A DNA stretch of 64,000 nt from Solobacterium sp. UBA1761 (GTDB taxonomy: Bacteria; Bacillota_I; Bacilli_A; Erysipelotrichales; Erysipelotrichaceae), in NCBI GenBank assembly GCA_002315565.1, contig DCHD01000002.1:17116-81115 (forward strand). The letters run 5' to 3'. Positions 34,435 to 42,458 of the stretch are shown in pieces (the stretch's first letter is position 1; every line of letters begins with the position of its first letter). The notes below the pieces were generated by a model. The model was given only the letters and a program-made list of their open reading frames with translations, ran no database searches and was not told the origin of the DNA. The position numbers and the translations under genes were made by a program.

Positions 34435-36864
34435 ATGAAAGAAAAGTTTAAAGGATTTAAAACCGGAAATCTTGCGATAACTTTTCTTTTTATTTTATTC
34501 TTTGCTTTTTTACAGATAGGTTATGCGAAAGTTGATTCAGTAAATCTGAATGTTGAAGGAACTACAGAGGCAATTGTTCCTGATTCAGTATTTATTTCAG
34601 ATATTGTTCCTTCAGATAATTCGTTTGCTATTATAGAAAATTATGACAAGACTGTATTTTCTGGATCAGTTATTCTTTCAGATTCTGATTTAAATTCTTC
34701 GCAGTCATTTGATATTACAATTACCAATAATTCTATCAGTTCTCAGTTCTTTAAAGAAATCAAATATCAAAGTGGTGCAGATACCTACAGCAATGAAGAC
34801 ATCGTATTCAGTCTTGATTCAAGGATGTATGACGGCTATGAATTGGCATCTGGTTCTAGCGTAACATTTAATTTGTCATTTAATTATTCTGATTCATTTA
34901 AAAGTGAACATCAGATAAATCCGATTACAGAAAGTGATATCAGACTTAAATTTGTTCTGAACTTTTACTTCAGCAGAATAATTTCATTTAATCTCAATAA
35001 TGGTGAAGGAACTGCACCTGCATCATATGAAATATCCTGTGATGCAGATCTCAATGAAATAACAGGTACTGCTCCAACAAGAACAGGATATACTTTCCAG
35101 GGATTCTATGACAGCAGTGATTATACCTCAGGACAAAAGTTCTACGATAGCCAGCTTAATGCCTCGGATATTTCAAATCTTACAATCAATCAACATGAAA
35201 CTGTTCTGTATGCTGGATGGAAACCAATTGAATATACAATTACTTATCACAGTGGTATTCTTCCTGAAGGTTATACACAGGTTACATATATTTCCAGTGG
35301 ATCAAGTCAGTATATAGATACTGGAATTAAAGGAAACAACAGTAATCTAAGTTTTGAAATCGAGTACGAATGGAACAGTTTCCCAAACGGATACAGTACT
35401 GTTTTTGGCGCATATCAAAGCGAAAATCACGTGTGCACCAGATTCTGCCAGTATCAGAATTCTATTACCTATTTCAATATAAACAGTATGGCAGGAGGTT
35501 CAACTCCATTAAATAAAACAAGGGCAATAAATACCAGATATACTGAAACATTAAAACCTAAAGGTACAAATCAGTTTACTATGACATCTGGTGGACAGAG
35601 TTCAACCGGTACAAGAACAACCGCAACCGATATAAACAATAATATATTCCTTTTCAGTTGCAGTTCCAGTGGTACTTTTTCAAATATTAAAGTATATTAT
35701 TTTGTTATATACGATAATGGCACTCCTGTAAGAAACTTCATTCCTTGTAAAAATGCAAGTGGTGTACCTGGAATGTATGATACAGTTGAAGGTAAATTCT
35801 ATGCCAGTGGTAATGGTACTTTTAATGCCGGAGCTGATGTATCAGATACTTCGATTCAGACACTTATTTATGACGTTAAAGATGAAGTATATGAAAACAG
35901 TTTTACACTTACTGGATTCAGTTTTGTAGATTGGACTTATGACAATGGAATATCAGTAACGGATTATGATGAGAAAGAAGAAGTGATCAATCTTTCATCG
36001 GTTTCTGATTCTAATTTGGATTTCTACGCAAAATGGAACAGGCAGGTAAGAATATATTTCTCAGACCTAAAGCGAACGGTTGATACTACTGAAGCAGATA
36101 TTTCAGAAATTACAGATATTATTCCTTCTAATGATTATCTGACTTTCGGTGGCTGGTATGACAGTAAGAGCGTTAAATATTTTGATGAGAATGGCGTTTA
36201 TACAAATGAGTCTATCAAAACACATTATCTGAATCTTGTAGGAAAATTCTATTTCAATGATGATGCATTTGAAAATGACTACTATTCACTTGCCTATATT
36301 CAGACAAACGGATCACAGTATGTAAATACAGGTGTCCCTGGAAACAATAACAATCTAGGATTTGAAATCGAATATGAATGGGTTTCCTTCCCAAGTGCTT
36401 ATGGTGCGCTTTTCGGATCGTATGTTGATGAAAATACAGTTTCAACCAGAATAATAATGTATAGAAACGAAAGAACATTCTTCAACATCAACTCAAAAGC
36501 AGGTGGTTCAAGTAAATATGAGGCTGCTACAAGACAATTAAATACGGTTTATGTTGATACACTTTTGCCAAGCGGCAACGATTTTGCTTATACTACAAAC
36601 TCTGTTACAACAAATGGAACAAGAACAACTGCAAACAATTCAAGTGTTCCAATTTACATTTTTGCCAACGGCAATGGAACAGGGGCAACCGTTTCTATAA
36701 AACTCTATTATTTACGTATTTATGATGGTGATAATCTGATCAGATTCTATATTCCATGTAAACGTAAATCAGATAATAAAATCGGACTATTCGACGCGGT
36801 TAATGGAACATTCAATGTATCGGTGACAAATTCTAACTTTACTGCAGGACCTCAGACTAATTAG
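34435..36864 (+). CDS. Large secreted repeat protein: SipW-like signal, N-terminal beta domain, Listeria-Bacteroides (Flg_new)-type repeats and two copies of a ~190-aa module
   Basis: Signal region ends LQIGYAKVDSV. GYTFQGFYD...YAGWKP and FGGWYD repeat signatures. The duplicated module spans 35272-35832 and 36280-36849. No LPxTG motif. Start set at ATG 34435; the track's TTG 34420 overlaps the upstream gene. Confidence 0.7.
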   Translation: MKEKFKGFKTGNLAITFLFILFFAFLQIGYAKVDSVNLNVEGTTEAIVPDSVFISDIVPSDNSFAIIENYDKTVFSGSVILSDSDLNSSQSFDITITNNSISSQFFKEIKYQSGADTYSNEDIVFSLDSRMYDGYELASGSSVTFNLSFNYSDSFKSEHQINPITESDIRLKFVLNFYFSRIISFNLNNGEGTAPASYEISCDADLNEITGTAPTRTGYTFQGFYDSSDYTSGQKFYDSQLNASDISNLTINQHETVLYAGWKPIEYTITYHSGILPEGYTQVTYISSGSSQYIDTGIKGNNSNLSFEIEYEWNSFPNGYSTVFGAYQSENHVCTRFCQYQNSITYFNINSMAGGSTPLNKTRAINTRYTETLKPKGTNQFTMTSGGQSSTGTRTTATDINNNIFLFSCSSSGTFSNIKVYYFVIYDNGTPVRNFIPCKNASGVPGMYDTVEGKFYASGNGTFNAGADVSDTSIQTLIYDVKDEVYENSFTLTGFSFVDWTYDNGISVTDYDEKEEVINLSSVSDSNLDFYAKWNRQVRIYFSDLKRTVDTTEADISEITDIIPSNDYLTFGGWYDSKSVKYFDENGVYTNESIKTHYLNLVGKFYFNDDAFENDYYSLAYIQTNGSQYVNTGVPGNNNNLGFEIEYEWVSFPSAYGALFGSYVDENTVSTRIIMYRNERTFFNINSKAGGSSKYEAATRQLNTVYVDTLLPSGNDFAYTTNSVTTNGTRTTANNSSVPIYIFANGNGTGATVSIKLYYLRIYDGDNLIRFYIPCKRKSDNKIGLFDAVNGTFNVSVTNSNFTAGPQTN
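35272..35832 (+). repeat. Copy 1 of the ~190-aa duplicated module in the large secreted protein
   Basis: YTQVTYISSGSSQYIDTG...FEIEYEW.SFP...FFNINS.AGGS...GTRTTA...IKVYY..IYD...IPCK...GMYD.V.GKF...FNAG. Confidence 0.85.
36280..36849 (+). repeat. Copy 2 of the ~190-aa duplicated module
   Basis: YYSLAYIQTNGSQYVNTG...FEIEYEWVSFP...FFNINSKAGGS...GTRTTA...IKLYYLRIYD...IPCK...GLFDAVNGTF...FTAG. Offset from copy 1 is 1008 nt. Confidence 0.85.
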
Positions 36865-36902
36865 GCTTACTCATTAGAAGTAAAATTCTGTCGTTTTGTT
36901 TG

Positions 36903-36908
36903 TATAAT
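36903..36908 (+). promoter_or_regulatory. -10 box TATAAT 6 nt before the lspA ATG; candidate leaderless promoter
   Basis: TTGTATAAT-ATATAC-ATG. No SD. Confidence 0.45.
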
Positions 36909-36914
36909 ATATAC

Positions 36915-37385
36915 ATGCGTAAACTTTTATATTTTGCAGTTGTACTGTTTATTACTGCTTTGGATCAGATTTCAAAATACCTTGCACAGGCACGTCTTGT
37001 GCTGAACTCAAAAGTATGGATTATTGATAACTTTTTTGCACTGTTTCTTACACATAATGATGGAGTTGCTTTTTCAATGCTGGAAGGTAAACAGCTTCTT
37101 TTAAAGTTTATTACTGTTGTTGCAATAGGAATATTCGTTTACCTGATTGTTGATGCCGATAAAAAGAAAAACTGGTTTGAAGTAGGCTGTATATTGATGA
37201 TGTTTGGCGGCTGTATCGGAAACTTTATTGACCGTATCCAGTATTCATATGTTATTGATTATTTTTCATTCAGATTCTTCGGCTGGGATTTTGCCGTATT
37301 CAATGTAGCAGATTGTTTCATTACAGTAGGAGCTATTCTCTACATAATTGTTTTATTTAAGGAAATGAAAAATGCCAAAGATTAA
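36915..37385 (+). CDS. lspA: Lipoprotein signal peptidase II
   Basis: Motifs NDGVAFSM and FNVADCFITVG with four TMs. Start set at ATG 36915. The track's TTG-TAT-AAT at 36900 looks like a -10 box rather than coding sequence. Confidence 0.9.
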   Translation: MRKLLYFAVVLFITALDQISKYLAQARLVLNSKVWIIDNFFALFLTHNDGVAFSMLEGKQLLLKFITVVAIGIFVYLIVDADKKKNWFEVGCILMMFGGCIGNFIDRIQYSYVIDYFSFRFFGWDFAVFNVADCFITVGAILYIIVLFKEMKNAKD

Positions 37386-38286
37386 AGTAATTGTTGATGA
37401 AGATATCTTTGATGAAAGACTTGATGTATATCTGAAAGATAATACAGAACTTTCAAGGTCATATATTCAGAAACTGATAGGGGATAAAAGAATAACCGTC
37501 AATAATGAACCGACGATCAATAAATACAAGGTTCAGATCAATGATGAGATTGATATTGACTATGATGAAATGACCCTTACGGACATCAAACCTAAAGAGA
37601 TACCTTTGGATATTGTCTATGAAGATGAAGATGTAATAGTTATAAATAAACAGAAGGATCTTGTAGTTCATCCTGCACCTGGTAATTATGACAATACTCT
37701 TGTTAATGGACTGCTTTATTTATGCAAAGATTTATCTGATGTGAATGGTTATTTCAGACCGGGTATTGTTCACAGAATTGATAAGGATACAAGCGGTCTT
37801 TTGGTTGTTGCCAAGAATAATGAAGCACACCGTTTTTTAAGCGAACAGCTTAAAGACAAAACATGTTACAGAAAATATATCGCAATAGTAAGTGGCGTTG
37901 TCGAAAACAATCAGGGTATCATCAATGCACCTATTGGAAGAAACCCAAAGGACAGACAGAAGATGATGGTTACCGATGTAAATGCCAAAGAAGCAGTTAC
38001 AGAATTTGCTGTACTTGAAAGATATGATGATTCTACGCTTGTTGAATGTAATCTTAAAACCGGAAGAACACATCAGATCAGAGTACATATGAAGTTTATC
38101 AATCATCCTGTTATTAACGACAATAAGTATGGAAGAAAAATCATCGATGAAACAGGTCAGTATCTTCACGCTTATTATCTGAGTTTTATTCATCCTCGCA
38201 CAAATCAAAGAGTTGAGTTTAAAACTGATATTCCAGAATATATGAAAAAATACATTTCGGACAAAGGAGGAAAGTATGGCATTTAA
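37372..38286 (+). CDS. rluD: 23S rRNA pseudouridine synthase RluD (RluA family with S4 domain)
   Basis: S4 domain (RLDVYL), catalytic HRIDKDTSGLLVVAK, and TGRTHQIRVH. Confidence 0.9.
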   Translation: MPKIKVIVDEDIFDERLDVYLKDNTELSRSYIQKLIGDKRITVNNEPTINKYKVQINDEIDIDYDEMTLTDIKPKEIPLDIVYEDEDVIVINKQKDLVVHPAPGNYDNTLVNGLLYLCKDLSDVNGYFRPGIVHRIDKDTSGLLVVAKNNEAHRFLSEQLKDKTCYRKYIAIVSGVVENNQGIINAPIGRNPKDRQKMMVTDVNAKEAVTEFAVLERYDDSTLVECNLKTGRTHQIRVHMKFINHPVINDNKYGRKIIDETGQYLHAYYLSFIHPRTNQRVEFKTDIPEYMKKYISDKGGKYGI

Positions 38287-39499
38287 CTATAAAGTAATGC
38301 AGATTGCTGCTTTTTTCCTTGCTGATTACAATTACAGAAGAGTCATGGTAAATGGACTGCTTAAGGAAGATGAATACTATCTTTTCAATAAAGACAATCC
38401 ATATTATCAGCTAATTCATATTGTTTCAGAACCACTTGAAACTTATTATCAGGATCAGGAAAAGAATAATGCAATTTGTGAACTTATTGGCAAGAATGCA
38501 AAAATAAAAGATCTGCAGTTTCTTGAAATACACGTATGTAAAGATGAATGCACAGAAGATATGAATGATCTCTGTATCTGTATTGATGAAGACTATTACA
38601 GCGGCACTGACTTAAGTAATCTTTATCCTGGCATAAAGAGTCAGGTACATGCTGTTTTAGACGCTCAGAAAGAAAAAACCGCTTTAGAAAAAAGAATCAA
38701 CAAGGCTTTCTTCAAAAGAGCCAGAAAATCAATCAAAGTATTTTCTAAAGAGTATATTGTTACATATATTCTGATGGCAATCTGTGTCATTAATTTTATT
38801 GTTCGTTCGATTCTGGTTGCAAAAGGCTACAGTGAATCTGCTGTGCAGGTTTTCGTTGGTGGAGACTATAAGACATTCACCTATGGTTTAAAACAGTTCT
38901 ACAGACTTGTTACATATGCTTTTGTACATGGAAGTGTTACCCATCTTATCTGCAATATATATTCACTTTTTATCCTTGGAAGATATATTGAGTCAAAATA
39001 CGGCGCTTTGAAATATCTAATTATTCTTTTAGGTTCTGTATTATCTGGGTCACTTGTCTATGGACTGTTTACGACAAACGGCATTATTGTTGGTATGTCT
39101 GCTTTCCTTTATGCGCTGATAGTGATGTTTGTACTGGAAGCGGTTATGGAAAGAGGCAATGTCAGCCGTTCACTGGTATATATTCTCTTTTTGAATATTA
39201 TGTTGAACTTTCTTCCAGGTGTCGGATGGCAGGCTCATCTTGGCGGTGCAGTATTTGGACTTGTAGCTTACTTTATGTTCAAGGATAAAGAAGTCAATAA
39301 AAGCTATATAGTGCTTGCAGTAGTAATGCTTCTGGTACTTGGTGTAAAATATTATTCAAATAAGACTATTAATCCAATATATGCAGGAACTGACTTTGAA
39401 GTTTGTGAAATGAATGAAAAACTCATTTCTGAAAAAGCCGGTAATTCTCTGTATATGAAACTGTACAAATTCTATGAAGGAAGGGGAGACTATGAGTAG
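38276..39499 (+). CDS. Rhomboid intramembrane serine protease with an N-terminal cytoplasmic domain
   Basis: YRLVTYAFVHGSVTHL, catalytic Ser in VGMSAFLYAL and catalytic His in AHLGGAVFG. Six or seven TMs. Confidence 0.85.
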   Translation: MAFNYKVMQIAAFFLADYNYRRVMVNGLLKEDEYYLFNKDNPYYQLIHIVSEPLETYYQDQEKNNAICELIGKNAKIKDLQFLEIHVCKDECTEDMNDLCICIDEDYYSGTDLSNLYPGIKSQVHAVLDAQKEKTALEKRINKAFFKRARKSIKVFSKEYIVTYILMAICVINFIVRSILVAKGYSESAVQVFVGGDYKTFTYGLKQFYRLVTYAFVHGSVTHLICNIYSLFILGRYIESKYGALKYLIILLGSVLSGSLVYGLFTTNGIIVGMSAFLYALIVMFVLEAVMERGNVSRSLVYILFLNIMLNFLPGVGWQAHLGGAVFGLVAYFMFKDKEVNKSYIVLAVVMLLVLGVKYYSNKTINPIYAGTDFEVCEMNEKLISEKAGNSLYMKLYKFYEGRGDYE

Positions 39500-39962
39500 A
39501 GTTATTTCTTGGGATGAGTATTTTATGGGACTTGCACACTTAAGTGCAATGCGTTCAAAAGATCCAAACACACAGGTTGGTGCCTGCATTGTCGATGACC
39601 ATAACAAGGTTGTATCTATCGGCTATAACGGTTTTCCAAGAGGAATCAAAGATTCTGATCTTCCTTGGAGCAGAGAAGGAAGTTTCTTAGAGACAAAGTA
39701 TGCCTATGTTGTACATGCTGAACTTAATGCCATTCTCAATTCTCCTAGACTTGTAGATGGCTGTACACTTTATGTGTCACTTTTCCCATGTAACGAATGC
39801 GCAAAGGCTATCATTCAGTCTGGAATCAAGAAAGTTATCTATGAATCTGACAAATACAATCTTACCGATGGCAATATCGCATCCAAGAAAATGCTCGATG
39901 GTGCTGGTGTAGTATACGAACAGCTGCCATTTGAAGTTGATGTAGAACTGAATAAAAAATAA
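39492..39962 (+). CDS. comEB: dCMP deaminase (ComEB type)
   Basis: Zinc motifs HAELNAI and PCNECAKAI. Start set at ATG 39492, which has a GGGGAG SD. Confidence 0.9.
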   Translation: MSRVISWDEYFMGLAHLSAMRSKDPNTQVGACIVDDHNKVVSIGYNGFPRGIKDSDLPWSREGSFLETKYAYVVHAELNAILNSPRLVDGCTLYVSLFPCNECAKAIIQSGIKKVIYESDKYNLTDGNIASKKMLDGAGVVYEQLPFEVDVELNKK

Positions 39963-39967
39963 AACAC

Positions 39968-40531
39968 TTATATTTCAAAGTGTCCATTCTTTTTAAACTG
40001 TCTGTAAAGCTCTGAATAGTATTTCAGGGCTTTTTCTTCACCGTTTTCTTTCAGATAAAGAAGAAGTTTACTGATCTTTTCTTTGGTATCTGAATTCATG
40101 AGCGTTATCTCATGTGATTTCATAAAGAACTCATAAGGATAATTCACGTTATAATCCTGTTTCTTATAGATCTTTGATGCAGCAATTCTATCCAGTACTG
40201 ATTCAATTACATAGTTATCAGGCATCGGAAAAACATGTACTTTATCCTCTTTAAGAACCATATCGCACCAGTATTCCCAATGGTGCTTATTTCTGCCATG
40301 GTGATGCATAAAAGCTTTTGAATAACCGATAGCTTCTTTTTCAGCACTTATCGGAGACCTGTACCCTTGAAAATATTTAACGCCTGAAAAGAACTCTTCA
40401 AAAGAATATTTTGACCAGTCATGCATAAAACCCTGGTAATAGAGTCCGCACTTGAAACAGAGTTTTCCTACCATAAGTTTATGCGATGTGATGGTTTTAA
40501 GATGTCCAAAGTATCTTTGTGTAAGATTCAT
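39968..40531 (-). CDS. Conserved hypothetical protein (DUF5662-like)
   Basis: His-rich motifs (HDWSKYS, FMHHHGRNKHHWEYW) resemble proteins I recall as DUF5662. Start set at ATG 40531; the track's TTG 40546 reads a -10 box as codons. Confidence 0.55.
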   Translation of the reverse strand: MNLTQRYFGHLKTITSHKLMVGKLCFKCGLYYQGFMHDWSKYSFEEFFSGVKYFQGYRSPISAEKEAIGYSKAFMHHHGRNKHHWEYWCDMVLKEDKVHVFPMPDNYVIESVLDRIAASKIYKKQDYNVNYPYEFFMKSHEITLMNSDTKEKISKLLLYLKENGEEKALKYYSELYRQFKKNGHFEI

Positions 40532-40537
40532 AAGAAA

Positions 40538-40543
40538 ATTATA
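40538..40543 (-). promoter_or_regulatory. -10 box TATAAT 6 nt before ATG 40531 (minus); candidate leaderless promoter
   Basis: Minus strand reads TTGTATAAT-TTTCTT-ATG. Confidence 0.45.
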
Positions 40544-40562
40544 CAACTTAAGAATAAAAGAG

Positions 40563-40568
40563 TATAAT
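40563..40568 (+). promoter_or_regulatory. -10 box TATAAT 8 nt before the nusB ATG; candidate leaderless or very short-leader promoter
   Basis: TATAAT-AATCAAGT-ATG. It diverges from the 40538-40543 box within a 45-nt intergenic region. Confidence 0.4.
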
Positions 40569-40576
40569 AATCAAGT

Positions 40577-40948
40577 ATGTTAAACAGACACCTTACCCGT
40601 GAAAGACTGGTATTTGTTCTTTATCAGCACTTATTACTTGAAAAAGATATTGATGAGTGTTTTTTGAATGTGTTTGAAGAAAATATTGATGACTTTGCAT
40701 TAGGAATCAAAGAAGATATAAAGAAGAATGAAGATAATTATATAAACCAGATTTCAAGATACCTTGTTGAATGGTCTTTTGATCGACTCAATTATGTTGA
40801 TCAGGCTATTCTGCTGGTGGCTTTAGCTGAAATAAGACTTAAGCTGAATGATAATGCTGTTGTTATTGATGAAGCAATCAGACTTTCTAAAGAATATTCT
40901 GATGAAACTGCTTACCGTTATATCAATGGTGTTCTGGACAATCTATGA
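40577..40948 (+). CDS. nusB: Transcription antitermination factor NusB
   Basis: NusB-like length and sequence (RLNYVDQAILLVALAEI, DEAIRLSKEYSDE, YINGVLD). Sits upstream of xseA as in Bacillus. Confidence 0.88.
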   Translation: MLNRHLTRERLVFVLYQHLLLEKDIDECFLNVFEENIDDFALGIKEDIKKNEDNYINQISRYLVEWSFDRLNYVDQAILLVALAEIRLKLNDNAVVIDEAIRLSKEYSDETAYRYINGVLDNL

Positions 40949-42255
40949 GCATTAGTGTTGCACAACTTGTAGGATATTTAAAGAATAAACTAGAAAATGA
41001 CCCTAATCTTCAGGGTCTTTTAGTAACTGGAGAAATAAGCAATTTTCACCGTCAGATGGGCAGTGGACACCTGTATTTTACTTTGAAGGATGAACGGGCT
41101 CAGATAAGTTGTGTCATGTTCAAAGGAAGTGCTCTAAGTCTCAGATTTGAGCCAAAAAACGGCGATAAAGTTGAATTAAACGCAAGAGCAAGTATTTTTG
41201 AAGCCAGTGGTCAGATGCAGCTTTATGTTTCATCTATGAGACTTAGTGGTCTTGGCGATCTTTTCCAGAAGTATGAAGAGCTTAAAAGGAAACTGAATGC
41301 CGAAGGTTATTTCAGTGAACAGCATAAAAAGACATTAAAAAGTAAATATCTAAGCAGAGTTGCCGTACTGGTTGGTGATAACTCGGCGGCAATGTCGGAT
41401 ATAAAAACATGCTTTAAAAGAAGATGGCCTTTATGTACAGTTGATTATTATACTGTTCTTGTACAAGGTGAAATGGCAAGTGAAGATATAATCAGAAAAC
41501 TCAAGGAAGTTGATGAACTTGATTATGAAGCGATAATATTGGCAAGAGGTGGAGGTTCATTTGAAGATCTTTTCTGTTTCAATGATGAAAATCTTGTAAA
41601 GACAATCTATTCATTAAAAACTTTCATTGTATCTGGTGTTGGTCATGAGCAGGATTTTACACTTTGTGATTTTGTTGCCGATTTAAGAGCACCTACACCG
41701 ACTGCATCAGTAGAACTTATTACAGTGAATATTGCTGATATCAAAAAACAGGTCAATGAACTAACAAATGCAAACTGTTTTATAAATCCCCGTTCTATAT
41801 TTGAAAGAAAACAGATGGTTCTTGATTACTACAGTTCAAGGCTCTTAAACTACAGAACAAGACTCAACGAAATTGCTGCATCTCTTGAAAGATTCAGAAC
41901 CAGAATGAGCATGTTGATGAAAGATAGAATTGTAAGCATTCAGCTCGTATTAAAAAACAGTGAACAGAGAATGTATAATTCTTCAAAAATGCTTATTAAA
42001 AGAAATGAAAATATTGTTGAATCTGATACTTTAAGAATTAACCATTCTATGCAAATCAAATATAATGAATATAGAAGTACATTGACAAAATATGCGGAAC
42101 TGTTGAGCGCATATTCAAAGGAAAATGTACTGAAAAGAGGTTATACACTTATCAGACAGAATTGTCATTATGTGAAGAATATGTCTGAACTTAAAGATAA
42201 AGATATTGAAGTTGTATTTGCTGATGGAACAGTAAATGCACAGGTAAAGGAGTAA
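40945..42255 (+). CDS. xseA: Exodeoxyribonuclease VII large subunit
   Basis: OB-fold N-terminus (VTGEISNF...GHLYFTLKD) and catalytic region (ARGGGSFEDLFCFNDE, GHEQDFTLCDFVADLRAPTPTA). Confidence 0.93.
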   Translation: MSISVAQLVGYLKNKLENDPNLQGLLVTGEISNFHRQMGSGHLYFTLKDERAQISCVMFKGSALSLRFEPKNGDKVELNARASIFEASGQMQLYVSSMRLSGLGDLFQKYEELKRKLNAEGYFSEQHKKTLKSKYLSRVAVLVGDNSAAMSDIKTCFKRRWPLCTVDYYTVLVQGEMASEDIIRKLKEVDELDYEAIILARGGGSFEDLFCFNDENLVKTIYSLKTFIVSGVGHEQDFTLCDFVADLRAPTPTASVELITVNIADIKKQVNELTNANCFINPRSIFERKQMVLDYYSSRLLNYRTRLNEIAASLERFRTRMSMLMKDRIVSIQLVLKNSEQRMYNSSKMLIKRNENIVESDTLRINHSMQIKYNEYRSTLTKYAELLSAYSKENVLKRGYTLIRQNCHYVKNMSELKDKDIEVVFADGTVNAQVKE

Positions 42256-42257
42256 TT

Positions 42258-42458
42258 ATGGCAGAAATTAAATTTGAAGATAAACTTAAAAGACTGCAGG
42301 AAATCGTTTCAACTTTAGAAAACGGAGAAGCTGCTCTTGATAAGAGTATTGAAATCTATGAAGAAGGTTTAAAGCTCTCTAAAGAACTTAATGAGATTCT
42401 TTCCAAATATGATGAGAAGATTTCAAAGATTAATTCCGGAGCAGACAATGAACAGTAA
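42258..42458 (+). CDS. xseB: Exodeoxyribonuclease VII small subunit
   Basis: 66 aa with FEDKLKRLQEIVSTLENGEAALDKSIEIYEEG. Confidence 0.92.
   Translation: MAEIKFEDKLKRLQEIVSTLENGEAALDKSIEIYEEGLKLSKELNEILSKYDEKISKINSGADNEQ

Noticed and set aside
36865-36900. Terminator after the large secreted protein gene
   Set aside because: Only a weak 5-bp stem (TTACT/AGTAA) is present, without a proper T-run. Transcription may read through into lspA, so I make no terminator call.
36900-36914. TTG-initiated N-terminal extensions giving 'MYN...' proteins (ORFs at 36900 plus, 40546 minus, 51808 minus) and similar upstream TTG starts (18546, 20493, 23145, 34420, 49998)
   Set aside because: TTG-TAT-AAT is a TTG followed by a -10 hexamer, not coding sequence. 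In every case an ATG 15-21 nt downstream gives the conserved N-terminus, and the upstream TTG has no SD or overlaps the previous gene or terminator.
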